A DNA stretch of 64,000 bases, from the IMG/VR virus record IMGVR_UViG_2854078061_000001, positions 1 through 64,000 of that record; one strand, written 5' to 3'. The DNA comes from a virus. Taxonomy: Duplodnaviria > Caudoviricetes. Both the position numbers and the translations under genes were made by a program. The notes beneath the pieces were generated by a model that ran no database searches, was not told the DNA's origin, and was given only the letters and a program-made list of their open reading frames with translations. Below, piece after piece: positions 46,675 through 57,704 of this stretch; the stretch's first letter is position 1, and every line of letters begins with the position of its first letter.

Positions 46675-47139
46675 ATGGAAAGAATACTAACGCCACGAGG
46701 CGGTGGACGTACATATGCGATATGCGAATACGCTGTCAAGAACAATTGCAATATCTTGGTGCCGATGGGCGGGACGGCTATATTATGTGCACAGGACTAT
46801 ATCAAGGAAATCGCAAGGAATCTTGATATTCAATATTAGGGGTATAGGGTTGATCATCAATGCCTTATAGTAGATTTACAAAGCAGAGCTCGCGGAGAAT
46901 ACAGTATTCACGTGATAACAACTACTTGTCCTCCCGATAATTATCGTGGATTGCACTTAGAGGATAAGCCACTTGTTGTTGATGATATTGACCGATGCTT
47001 TAAGTTCATGTGCTTCCCGAATGTGCGAATTGATGCCTGTTCTCTGATGACATATGATCCGAGCGAGGTTGCGTTTACACCGCCAACTGCACCTCAAGAA
47101 GTGCAGCGGGATGAATGCGTGTGTGACAGCTTGGTATAA
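46675..47139 (+). CDS. Degenerate P-loop-like protein with tag (in-frame TAG at 46837)
   Basis: PRGGGRT, LVVDDID; ends ECVCDSLV; open frame across TAG. Confidence 0.65.
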
Positions 47140-47153
47140 CAGAGGTGCCAACA

Positions 47154-47462
47154 ATGGATAAATTTGATACGCTACATGATGATCGCACGCTGAGATGGTG
47201 TAAGTACAGATATCCCGATGATATCAACAGTGGCGAGTTTACTTTTGACTGGGCGAAAGATGGATTCACATGGACTCTGCCAAGCGATAAACCACTGCGA
47301 ACCACAAACGAAATCGTATCTTACATTGACGCAAATGGTAATCAGCGTGAAGTTCAAGCGGAAGTAAAATACTATGGAATGGGACACGACACGCTGTGGA
47401 CGATTGCAATTCCTAATGTTGTCGAGGCAGAAAACGAGTGTGTCTGCGAATCACTATTATGA
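47154..47462 (+). CDS. Hypothetical protein with CxCxxLL tag
   Basis: Ends ECVCESLL. Confidence 0.65.
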   Translation: MDKFDTLHDDRTLRWCKYRYPDDINSGEFTFDWAKDGFTWTLPSDKPLRTTNEIVSYIDANGNQREVQAEVKYYGMGHDTLWTIAIPNVVEAENECVCESLL

Positions 47463-47470
47463 GGCACGAT

Positions 47471-47752
47471 ATGAACAATCAATTATTGATACCCGATGAT
47501 AAGATATACATATATCCATCAGATTGGAAGCAGCCTGTACGAATTCAATTTGAAAATAGATCGACCATAGACACTGTAAATCATGGCAATTCACATCACA
47601 CTATTCAATTCGACAAATGGGTTGATTATAACACCATAGTTACTGATGAAACTTTACAAAAGCTTATCAAAGACTATATATCGAAAAATTTTCCAAAAGA
47701 AGAATACAGTGTATCTATTCACAATGAGTGTTACTGTGAGAGCCTATTATGA
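47471..47752 (+). CDS. Hypothetical protein with CxCxxLL tag
   Basis: Ends ECYCESLL. Confidence 0.65.
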   Translation: MNNQLLIPDDKIYIYPSDWKQPVRIQFENRSTIDTVNHGNSHHTIQFDKWVDYNTIVTDETLQKLIKDYISKNFPKEEYSVSIHNECYCESLL

Positions 47753-48063
47753 AAAAATATATCAGTGAAGAAGTACAACAACAAGCAGCCCTACAATTAC
47801 ATATCGAAATTGAAAATGATTGTAAAATAAAATTTGATAATTTCAGATTTCAAATAGACGAAGACGATATGACGGTTTGCCGCTATGGAGAACCAGATGA
47901 AACGTTTGTAGTTAAAAGGAAAGTAAGACTTTTCTTATTAAATAACGGATTTGAATTCGAAATTGCTGGGCCTTATGCTGAACAGATGTACAGACGATAT
48001 CTTAAACTGATAAATGGAGATATCAATACAAATAGTGAATATTATTGTGAAAGTCTATTGTAA
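47749..48063 (+). CDS. Hypothetical protein with variant tag
   Basis: Ends EYYCESLL. Confidence 0.65.
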   Translation: MKKYISEEVQQQAALQLHIEIENDCKIKFDNFRFQIDEDDMTVCRYGEPDETFVVKRKVRLFLLNNGFEFEIAGPYAEQMYRRYLKLINGDINTNSEYYCESLL

Positions 48064-48068
48064 AGAAG

Positions 48069-48338
48069 GTGAAAATATTGGATGAACAAGAGCTAACTGT
48101 AAGAGTTGAAGAAATAGATAATCATTTATTTTCTATGCACGATACAGTGAACCATGCGATTATTAAAGTCGATGAAGCAAATAATCTGTCGCATTTTGCA
48201 GTAGAACGTATAGATACTATAAGAGCAACAACAATTTCGTATCAAACTGCGATTGATCAATTACAAGCTCGAATCGCAGAACTTGAACATAAAATCGATT
48301 TGCTGACAGGGCCATGTATTTGTGAGCCGCTGCTATAA
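48069..48338 (+). CDS. Coiled-coil protein with CxCxxLL tag
   Basis: Ends PCICEPLL. Confidence 0.65.
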   Translation: MKILDEQELTVRVEEIDNHLFSMHDTVNHAIIKVDEANNLSHFAVERIDTIRATTISYQTAIDQLQARIAELEHKIDLLTGPCICEPLL

Positions 48339-48349
48339 GGAGGAACTAT

Positions 48350-48625
48350 ATGAAAGAAAACGACTTTTCAAAACAGGATATTTATAATATTGGATTTGCC
48401 GTAGCTGATGCTGTGCGCGATTATGATGTAACTTACGAGGGTATCCTTGACGCGATTCAGGTATATGCAGAATAGCAGGAACTGATCGGCAATGCATCGC
48501 TTTATGATACGTTGTGGATGGAAGATGGTACGCCCATGTCCCCTTCTTTGACACGATATTTATTTCACGAGATGTACTGCCCAGATGATTATGGTTATGA
48601 TGAGGAGGACGGCGACGATGAGTGA
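48350..48625 (+). CDS. Hypothetical acidic protein (in-frame TAG at 48473; missed by ORF track)
   Basis: AAGGAGG RBS; read-through frame ends overlapping the next start. Confidence 0.6.
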
Positions 48626-48797
48626 TCGCAAGCGTGATAAGGTGTCTAAGAGCAGCTATATGCGTAACGCCCGCAAACAGCGTATGATTGAGAATCAGTT
48701 TTTGCAGGAAGTTGAGAAGGCTCAGGAAAGCGGCGAACGCCAGCGGCAATCAGAGCGGCGGAAGCGGCGCACAATGTGGGACGACGACGAGGATTAA
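48618..48797 (+). CDS. Small basic hypothetical protein
   Basis: GAGGAGG RBS; MSDRKRDK. Confidence 0.55.
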   Translation: MSDRKRDKVSKSSYMRNARKQRMIENQFLQEVEKAQESGERQRQSERRKRRTMWDDDED

Positions 48798-48813
48798 GGA
48801 GGTACACAATAGT

Positions 48814-49173
48814 ATGGACAAAGAGCCTAAGAAGCCGGGCGGAGAGAACGATACAGAGCGAGACGATATTCAGGAGATCCGCGTTAACTCTATTCCGCTG
48901 ATGGTACTTATCGCTGGTGTTTTAAGTTCCGTTGACTTTGTTGATTGGATGTTTACTATCGCAGAAATGCTTGTTGTATTTGTGCTTACATATCAGATCC
49001 TAGGGCGTATGCTTTTTACTGCCCTGGTGGTTACGCCCATTTTGGTTGTGTTTATCAGTAAGTGTCTGGCGGCCTACGATGAGATCATGTATGGCGACGA
49101 TGATATGGGCGGCGATGGCGAAGATGACGGCGATGACCACTTTAATGACCACTGGAATAATTTGATTCATTGA
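48814..49173 (+). CDS. Membrane protein
   Basis: Central hydrophobic helices, acidic tail. Confidence 0.6.
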   Translation: MDKEPKKPGGENDTERDDIQEIRVNSIPLMVLIAGVLSSVDFVDWMFTIAEMLVVFVLTYQILGRMLFTALVVTPILVVFISKCLAAYDEIMYGDDDMGGDGEDDGDDHFNDHWNNLIH

Positions 49174-49186
49174 GGAGTGATATTAT

Positions 49187-51730
49187 TTGTTTAGTCCACC
49201 ATTATATAGCGTACTAAAATTTAACTTGAATTATATCGTTTCTCATAACTATAATTTTAAACTGACACCAGAAGAGATGGAGCAGTATGAGGTCTTACAG
49301 GGCGACGATATGTTGTTCAGACAAATTCGGCTCATTTCCGACGACTAGAATAAATTCCAGCGCTTTATTATCTTTGTTGATGCAACAGGTGGCCAGAACC
49401 ACCCTGATGCTATTGATCATTTAGTAGAGCATGGATTCAAATTTAATGGCCAGAAATATCTGTTCTGTGAACGTAGTGCAAGTATGGTCCGTCAGAGCAT
49501 GTTAAGTTTTGTTGAGCGACATATCTACCCTGAACTTGACCGCCGCGTAAGCATGGAACTGGATTTTTCTGAGACACCCACCGTCCTGAGCAAGTATTAT
49601 GCTTATCGTGGTTTGATGCTGAGTAGCTGCCACTGCCTAGAGAACTGGTACCCCAAAATGATTGTTGTTCCAGACTATATGACAACGATCAAGAATCAGT
49701 GGATCGAGTATCTGGTAGACAAGACTGTGACGTTTAATGACCGCAAAACAGGCAAAGAGCGTACCTGGACTCAGAAAGATATCGCCACAAAAACAGTTGA
49801 CATTGATATCAACGCCTTTGATGGCGCTGGAATCTGCCACCCAAGTATCATGCGCGAATTTGAAAAGCGTATCGGCACTTCTGAACGGATGAACAGCTTG
49901 ATTTTGCGTGCTCCATATATCAAGGGTTGCTTACACGAGATTGATTACGAGCGTTTTTTTGAAGAGAACGGCGTTACAAAAATCAAGGACATCTGGGGCA
50001 TGGAATATGATGTAACACCTGGCAGCGAACCAATGATTATTATTACTGCTTCAATGTACAAGGGTCTCAAATATTTCAAGAAAACTGGTACCTATTCTGA
50101 CTGGGAGAGATATTGGGAACTTTTCAAGAAGTACGACAACTGCCTTGGTGTAGCTAAATGGAACTTTACGCTTGAACAAGAACCGCTTTCCACCCGTAGC
50201 AACTATCAGGTCATTCAAGATCTACAGCTCGACAATGAGTCTTTTAAGCATCTAGCTGACGACAGCATTACCTGGTATCAGAATATTGTCAAAGGCGACC
50301 CAATTTATACATACTGCTTCCTTGGTTTACTTGCCGAGAACAACGACCCGATGAATCATTACATGGCTGCTGCCCTGCGTAACCCAGTGATGGTGAAAGA
50401 GCCTGCAATCAAAGATTATATTCACTCGCTGCTTGATAAATATCGCAATGAGATGAAGTGCGGTCGGCTTTGGATGAATGCTACTTTTAAGTTCTGGGCT
50501 CCTGACCTTATTGCACTATTGCAGCACATTGGTGGCCTACCTGTGACTGGCTGCCTTGAAGACGGTGAGTTCTACAGCTTTGATCGTCGTGGTGTGATGG
50601 AGGGAGACCGCTTAATTGAGCGCAATCCCCATATCTCTGTTGCAGAACATGTAAAGGCCAAGGCCGTAGACAACGAATACACCCGCAAATACTGCAGCCA
50701 TCTTCAGAATGTTGCTATGGTAAATATCAAATCCATCGTGGCTTCCAGACTCAATGGTTCGGATTTTGATGGCGACCTGGTTCTAATCATCGATAATCCG
50801 CTGATGATGAGTGGTGTTCCTGATAATATCCCCATTACACTCGATGTTGAAGATAAGATCACTGCGTTGGCAGAATGTGATATTGTGAAGAACAAAGTTG
50901 CCTGCACCATTCGCGGATTGAAGAGTTCTATTGGCGAAATTTCAAACTACGCAACTGCATACCATAATAAGGTTCCGACCATGGAAAAGACCAAGAAGCT
51001 CTATCACGATAATATTTCGCTTTTGAGCATCTGCAACGGAAAAGCTATCGATTATGCTAAAACAGGTGTTCTATATCCGATCCCGCGTAATGTAGCAGCT
51101 TATGGTCGTCCTCTACCCTACTTTATGAAGTATGCAGGCCCTTACTACGCACGTTTACATAATCTCAGCAAGGCACATAGCAACATGAACCTGCTTTGCA
51201 TGAGTCTGGAGCGTTGGGAGCGCGGTGTACGGTGGCGTAAAGAGCCCGCAGGCAGCTTTGATTGGCATATCATGTACGATCCAGAGGTCTCCTATGACCA
51301 GGCAGTCTTTGATGAGATCGAAGCCATTTTCTTGGACTTCAACAAATGCCGCAAGGAACAGCTTGAGTTCGAAAAGAAATGTCGCAACTGGCAATTATAT
51401 CATAAGGACATCGAGTCGCGTATTACCAAAGAAGAGGCTAAGACATATGAGACGAACTGGCAGGCGATCTACAATGTCTACCGTAACAAGTGTAAGCTGG
51501 TGTGTCCTGATGTGAGAGAGCTGGCGAATATTCTTGTAGTGCTTTGCTATGAGAAGTATCCCAATAAATTCAAGAAGTTTTTGTGGCACATGGCCGGCGC
51601 TGGTGTGGTCGAAAATATCAAGCCGGTTCCTGTTCAGCTGCCAGTTCACGATCCGAACGGCGAGTACGAATACCTTGGCCAGCGATATAGTCTGGCTGAA
51701 CCGAAAATTTATGAAGCGAGGGTGAAATAA
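49187..51730 (+). CDS. YonO-like single-subunit two-barrel RNA polymerase (in-frame TAG at 49346)
   Basis: GSDFDGD catalytic motif, DGAG, LRAPYIKG, ERNPH; TTG start after GAGGAG. Confidence 0.85.
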
Positions 51731-51731
51731 T

Positions 51732-51980
51732 ATGGGTTGGTTTAAGAAGAAAACAAAGAAACCGCAGAAAATAACCAAGTGTCCTACCTGTGGCGGCTTG
51801 TTGACAAAGCAGACTGGACTGGAGCACGAATTTACTTATAAAAATCAGATGGTTCATGTGCCGGATATCACGGCGATGGTATGCGGTGATTGTGGCGAGA
51901 TGTATTTTGATTATACCGAATTCGAGCGTATTTCAAATTATGTTCATGAAGCAGTTGATGGGAAGGATGAAACAGAATGA
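51732..51980 (+). CDS. YgiT/MqsA-type zinc-ribbon protein
   Basis: CPTCGG...VCGDCGE.YF. Confidence 0.75.
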   Translation: MGWFKKKTKKPQKITKCPTCGGLLTKQTGLEHEFTYKNQMVHVPDITAMVCGDCGEMYFDYTEFERISNYVHEAVDGKDETE

Positions 51981-52261
51981 GTTATCGGTGTTTTAAAATA
52001 ACAATCATTACTTTGATAGCTGTAATATGTTTATGTTTAGGTATTGGAATTTGGGCATCTATTCCGCGCAAAAACAATGTAGGCGATAAATCTATTTATA
52101 ATGGAAGCTCTTTGTACAGTATTTCCAACACGAAACTTATTTACGATGAGAACACAAGAATTATGTATTATTGGCTACATAGTGGATATATGTCTCCATA
52201 CTATAATGCACATGGACAACTTTGCCGCTATATTGATGGCGAAATTATACCAATCGAGTAA
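51977..52261 (+). CDS. Membrane-anchored hypothetical protein
   Basis: N-terminal TM; YDENTRIMYY..MSPYY..G motif. Confidence 0.6.
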   Translation: MSYRCFKITIITLIAVICLCLGIGIWASIPRKNNVGDKSIYNGSSLYSISNTKLIYDENTRIMYYWLHSGYMSPYYNAHGQLCRYIDGEIIPIE

Positions 52262-52270
52262 GGAGGTTAA

Positions 52271-53083
52271 ATGGCATATACAACTTTCTACTGTAATGAG
52301 AATATACTGCTCGATCATTGGCAGGACTATCACGAGTCAAATCTGATGCTGCGAAATCTGCTGAAGCGAACCTCCCTCTCCCCTATTGAATGCGCCACCA
52401 TTTATTATGAGCGGATGAAAAATCCTGAGTCTGTCAGCTATGACCGTAGCCACTTGATCCAGACGTTCAGCAGAGGCCGTAAAAATAACGCGCCCATACT
52501 TGACGTACATCAAGTTGTGCTTTATCAGAAAGATCTGGACTATATCACAGAGGCGCGCCGAAAGTATCATATCAACTACGCACAATTACGTGTTCTGTTT
52601 GGGGTAATATTCTTCTGCCGGCTGTATGGAAGCGATACCTTTGCCTTGGATACCGAGTTCAAGATGAAACGTTTTGGTGGCTGCTTTGAAGAGCAGACAG
52701 AGATCATGTATTGCGCTGGGAAGAACTAGGACGACGGCTATAATACAGTGCGGGGCATGAAAGAGATTTCTGACGACTATCACCTGCTGAACAGAACCGG
52801 CACTGACGACATTGGATGCTTATACCAGTACCAAAATTTTGCCCTTGATAAGAATGACACGATTGCGTACACGTTCAATGTGACGCTTGAAAACAATCGG
52901 CTGAATTTAAGCGCCATAGTGCGAGAGCTATTTGACCCGAAGGAATGTTATTGCATCGTGTGTGGCGAACAGTATCACTCAGAAAAGCCAAATGCCAGCA
53001 GATATTGCAAAGGATGTGCGGCAAAGAAAGAACAGGCACGTCTAGCGAAAAAGAATGCGAATCGAAACAAACGACCGAAATGA
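52271..53083 (+). CDS. Hypothetical protein with C-terminal zinc finger (in-frame TAG at 52727)
   Basis: CIVCG...YCKGC; both halves in one frame. Confidence 0.7.
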
Positions 53084-53159
53084 ACTTTAAGTTCTTAATA
53101 TATGAAAGGGTGTTGTATATTTCCCTTTCGATTATAAATTACAAAGGAGATTTATTATA

Positions 53160-53357
53160 ATGGTTGAAATTACTAAGCGTGAGGCAGAGTATCTGCGTAA
53201 GGTTATTCCCGGTGTCCATATCACTCGTACCGTTCATCACTGGTATGCGGAGGAAATCAAGTCTGTGCTGACTCAGCTGCCTGGCAATCCCGAGGCAGAA
53301 GAGGCGCTACGCGAACTGAACCGCACCCAGCGTACCAACACCAATTTTGAGATCTGA
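53160..53357 (+). CDS. Hypothetical protein
   Basis: AAAGGAG RBS. Confidence 0.6.
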   Translation: MVEITKREAEYLRKVIPGVHITRTVHHWYAEEIKSVLTQLPGNPEAEEALRELNRTQRTNTNFEI

Positions 53358-53365
53358 GGTGGCGC

Positions 53366-54550
53366 ATGGACGAATTTAAGAAAGCGGACGGCGAGACCTT
53401 TGATGAATATATGATGCGGATTGGTGAGGCATGCAGCGAACGTAAGCTGACTTAGAATCAGGCAGCAGAACTGCTGAATGAAGCAACCGGCTCAGACTAT
53501 GGCGAATGCAGATATCGCAAGACCTATAAGTCGTGGAAAGATGGTTATGACTACGCTATTGATCACGCCAACGAAGAAACGATCCAGGATGAACTACAGC
53601 GACTGAAGATTGAAAAGATCAAATTACAAGATGAACGCAATGCAGCAAACAAAGTGTATCGCGATGTTGCCCGTGCCGAATCCATCAAGGAATTGATTCT
53701 GAAGAACGTTGCTCCGTATAACCCTGACAATTTTCTGAATGTTGTGCAATACGAAGGCAGCGGCCACGATGTGATTGTGTGCTTGTCTGATTTACATGCT
53801 GGCGCGGGTATTGATTCGGCGTGGAATAAGTTCAACAAGGATATCCTAAAGGCTCGGCTTGAGAGTTATGCTGCACAGGTGTTCAATATCGTAGCGCGAC
53901 ATACAGCCGAAAAGATTCATGTGCTGCTGTTGGGCGACCTGATCAATGGGCATATCCATGTTAATACCCGCGTGCAGAACAATGAAAACAGCATTGAGCA
54001 GGTTATGACGGCTGCAGAGCTGGTAAGTAATTTTGTTGCTACACTGTACGAGGTATGCCAGCATATTGACGTGTATTCTGTGAGTGGCAATCATTCACGA
54101 GTATTCCCCAGCAAAGAGGATCAGGTAGCAGGTGACGAACTTGAAGCACTGATTCCGTTCTATATGAAGGCACGACTGCAAAATCTGGCTGGCATTGATA
54201 TTAAAACAGAGAAGCTCGATCCGACCTTTGGTGGCTTTAAGGCTAGGAATAGTCTTGTGATGTACGCACATGGAGATAAGGACTCCCCTGCTAACGTCGT
54301 TGAGCACCTGACACTGATGGTGAAGCAGCCAATCGACATGGTGTTCCTTGGTCACCGCCACACAAACGGCATGACAACGGTGCATGGTACGAAGGTTATT
54401 GAGAGCGGCTGCGTTTGTGGCAGCGATTCCTATGCAATTGGACTGCGCAAAAATGATGTGCCGCAGCAGGCAGTGGCTGTAATCGATGACAGCGGCCTAG
54501 AATGTCTGTACGATGTCAAGCTGGAGAAGCCAGCAAAGATAGTAATTTAA
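53366..54550 (+). CDS. Calcineurin-like metallophosphoesterase with N-terminal HTH/coiled coil (in-frame TAG at 53453)
   Basis: SDLH, GDLING, GNHSR, HGD, GHRH motifs. Confidence 0.85.
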
Positions 54551-54561
54551 TAGAGATTTTG

Positions 54562-54591
54562 ATGCCCTGGGCTACGGCCTGGGGCATTTTT
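54562..54591 (+). terminator. Intrinsic terminator
   Basis: ATGCCCTGGGC-TACG-GCCTGGGGCAT-TTTT. Confidence 0.75.
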
Positions 54592-54597
54592 ATATGT

Positions 54598-54674
54598 CGC
54601 AGGTGACAGCGCCGGTGTGCTGACCAGCCTCATAAGCTGTGTTTGGATGCGTTCAACTCGCATACCTGTACCCA
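54598..54674 (+). tRNA. tRNA-Met (CAU), initiator-like C1:A72 mismatch
   Basis: Cloverleaf; CT-CAT-AA loop; CCA. Confidence 0.75.
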
Positions 54675-54710
54675 CAAAAATAAGTTAAAAAGGAGGGTTC
54701 CAAATTAGAG

Positions 54711-54974
54711 ATGGAAGAAAAATATCACAAAGATTTAGGAGGCGATTACTTCTACTGCTATTCCAGACGGACAGCACTGTTTGTTCGCGCTATGGGAATT
54801 TTTTACGAAGAGATTGGAGAGCACCCGGTAACTGGCTCTGTATATACAAAATTCCGCAAGACGAAAAAACTGAATGAAGTTTTAAAACTATAGGATCAGA
54901 TCAAATATCGCTTCGATGATATGATGGACGATGGAACGGTGGTGATTGGCTATGGCCAGAGTTGCCGCAGATAA
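54711..54974 (+). CDS. Hypothetical protein (in-frame TAG at 54891)
   Basis: YFYCYS...HP.TG..Y..F; read-through frame overlaps next gene. Confidence 0.55.
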
Positions 54975-55950
54975 GAAACCGCCTCGTATCAAGGTTCCGC
55001 CCTCTTGGAGTGGTGGCAAATGTATGTGTTGCGGAAAAATCTATGACGTGCGCAAAGGTAATTTCTCAAAAACGAAGAGTCAATGGTTTATTGGTAACGA
55101 CGGATACCTCCCGTGGTGCAATGAGTGCCGTGAGAAGATGTTTGAGTTTTATGTTAAGAAGTATAACGATGAAGATGAAGCGATTGACCGTCTGGCTATG
55201 ATGTTCGATACCTATGTAAATGATAAATTGCTTGACGCATCAGAACATTCTGTGGCATCTGCTTTAAAAATTAACACCTATATGGGACGGCTTAATATAC
55301 GTCAGTATGCAGATAAATCTTATGACGATGTGATCGACCAGAAGAAAAAAGACGCTTTGGCTGCCGGTGATACAAAGGGGACAAAGGTCACTCTGAAGAT
55401 GAGAAAATTCTGGGGTACTGGTCTGGATGAAAAAGATTATTTATTCCTTGATGAGCACTATCAAAATCTTATCACTAGACATGAATGTAAGACGGCCGCA
55501 CAAGAAATTCTGTTCAAACGCATTGCAAAGGCAGAACTTAATTGCGATAAGGCTGATGCCACTGGCGACACAAAGAAAATAAAAGAAGCAAACGACAACC
55601 TGCAGAACCTGATGGGGTCCGCTCAGATCAAACCGAATCAGACGAACGATAACGCATTGGCTGAAACGAATACTTTTGGCACGCTGATTCAGAAATAGGA
55701 AGAGGAAGAGCCGATTCCAGAACCGTCGCCAGAGTGGCAGGACGTTGATGGTATCGGTAAGTATTTTAGAGTGTGGGTGCTGGGTACGTTGCTTAAGATG
55801 TTCAACTTGAAGAATCCATATCAAGACGAATTTGACGAAGAGTTTGAACGATATACTGCTCATAAACCAGAGACAAATGAGGACGATGACACAGATACTA
55901 GCCTCCGCGAAACTATTTTCGGTATTGGCGAAGGCGGTGGTTCCGCATGA
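54952..55950 (+). CDS. Zn-finger protein, terminase small subunit candidate (in-frame TAG at 55696)
   Basis: CMCCG...WCNEC; read-through stop forms ATGA overlap with terminase start. Confidence 0.7.
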
Positions 55951-57704
55951 GTAAAGAGAAATTAACAGATAAGGAAGTAGCGAATACAAAATCAGAAAAA
56001 ATAATGAACGCAGTTGCCATGAGGGCATCATTCTATAGAGCGAATCCTCAGCGGTTTGCAAAAGACTATTTAAACCTGACATTGAAGCCATTCCAAGAGC
56101 TACTATTGTTTTTGATGGTGAGATGCACCGGCTTCTGCTTCATTGCTGCTCGCGGCCTTGGTAAGTCATTTCTAACCGCAGTTTTCTGTGTGATTACATG
56201 TATTCTATGGCCTGGTTCCAAGGTTTGTATCGCCTGTAAAGTAAGAAGCCAATCTATCAGTATTTTGGATGAAAAGATAATGAAGGAGATCTACCCCAAC
56301 AGTCCCCTTCTACGCTCTGAAATCAAAAAGGTCGATATCAACAATCAGAAAGCAGAGATTATATTTAAGAACGGCAGCTATATCAAAGTAGTCACTGCCA
56401 CAGATAGTAGTCGTGGTAGTCGAGCTACACTTCTCATCTGTGATGAATATAGATTGCTTTCTAAAGATGTTATAGATTTGATTTTGAAGAAGTTCCTGAA
56501 TATTGTTCGTCATCCTGGATATTTGGACAAGCCACAATATGCACATCTTGCAGAGCGAAACAAAGAATTCTACCTAAGTTCCGCTTGGTTCCAAAACCAT
56601 TGGAGCTATGAAAAATGTCAGGACTACTTTGTAAATATGATCGACTTTAATAAGAAATATTTCTGCGTATCCTTCCCGTATCAAATGTCAATCAAGAGCG
56701 GCTTGCTGTTGAAAGAAGCTGTAGAGGACGAAATGAGTGAATCAAGTTTTTCTGATTTGACATTTGCAATGGAGAATGAATGTAAGTGGCTTGGTGCTAC
56801 TGAGGGTGGGTTATTCCAATTTGATGACATCAACAAAACGCGCGTCATTGAAAAGGCGTTCTACGCACCGAATCTTTTACTTAATCAAGCTGCTATGGAC
56901 GTGCCGAAAAAGAAAAATGGCGAAGTACGAATTCTCACCGCCGATATTGCATTGATGAGCAGTCGCAAAAACGACAACGATGCAACCAGTATCTTCTTGA
57001 ATTGTATGCTGCCAAATAAATCAGGGCGCTATACTAGCAATTTTGTCTATTCAGAGAACATTGAGGGTATGAGTGCGCAAGATCAGGCACTAAAACTGCG
57101 ACGGTATTTCGATTATTTCAACTGTGATTATATCGGGGTTGACTGTAGAGGTGTTGGATTGCCTCTGGTTGACCTGTTGATGCGCGATATGTATGACCCA
57201 GAAACAGGCGAAACATATCCTGCGATTAGCTGCTGTAACAATCAAGAAATCGCATCTCGCTGTTCTGACAAAAATGCCAAAAAGGTCATCTAGGCAATTA
57301 TGGGCAGCTCTCAGTTTAACAGTGATGTAGCCATTGGATTACGCAGCGGTTTCCAGCAAGGACGTATCCATCTGCTTCAGAGTGAGTACGGATGTGAAGA
57401 CCAGTTGCGCAAAATCTATAAAGGCTATGATAAAATGTCGCCTACTGAACGAGCCGCACTACAGATGCCATATATCAATACCGGGCTTGCTGTAAACGAA
57501 CTTGTAAATCTGGGCTACGAAACCGTAAATAACGTTATCAAAGTCAAGGAGAAATCCGGCTGCCGTAAAGACCGCTACTCTTCCCTGTCTTACAACTATT
57601 ACATTGCGCAGCAAGTTGAACGAAGCATGGAGAAGAAGAATAAAAAGCCAACTTCGCTCACGTTTAACTTTAGAGCGCCTGTATTAAAGAAGGGAGGACT
57701 GTAA
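55947..57704 (+). CDS. terL: Terminase large subunit (in-frame TAG at 57291)
   Basis: AARGLGKS Walker A, LLICDE Walker B, nuclease ADIA..ND.T and KDRYS. Confidence 0.88.
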
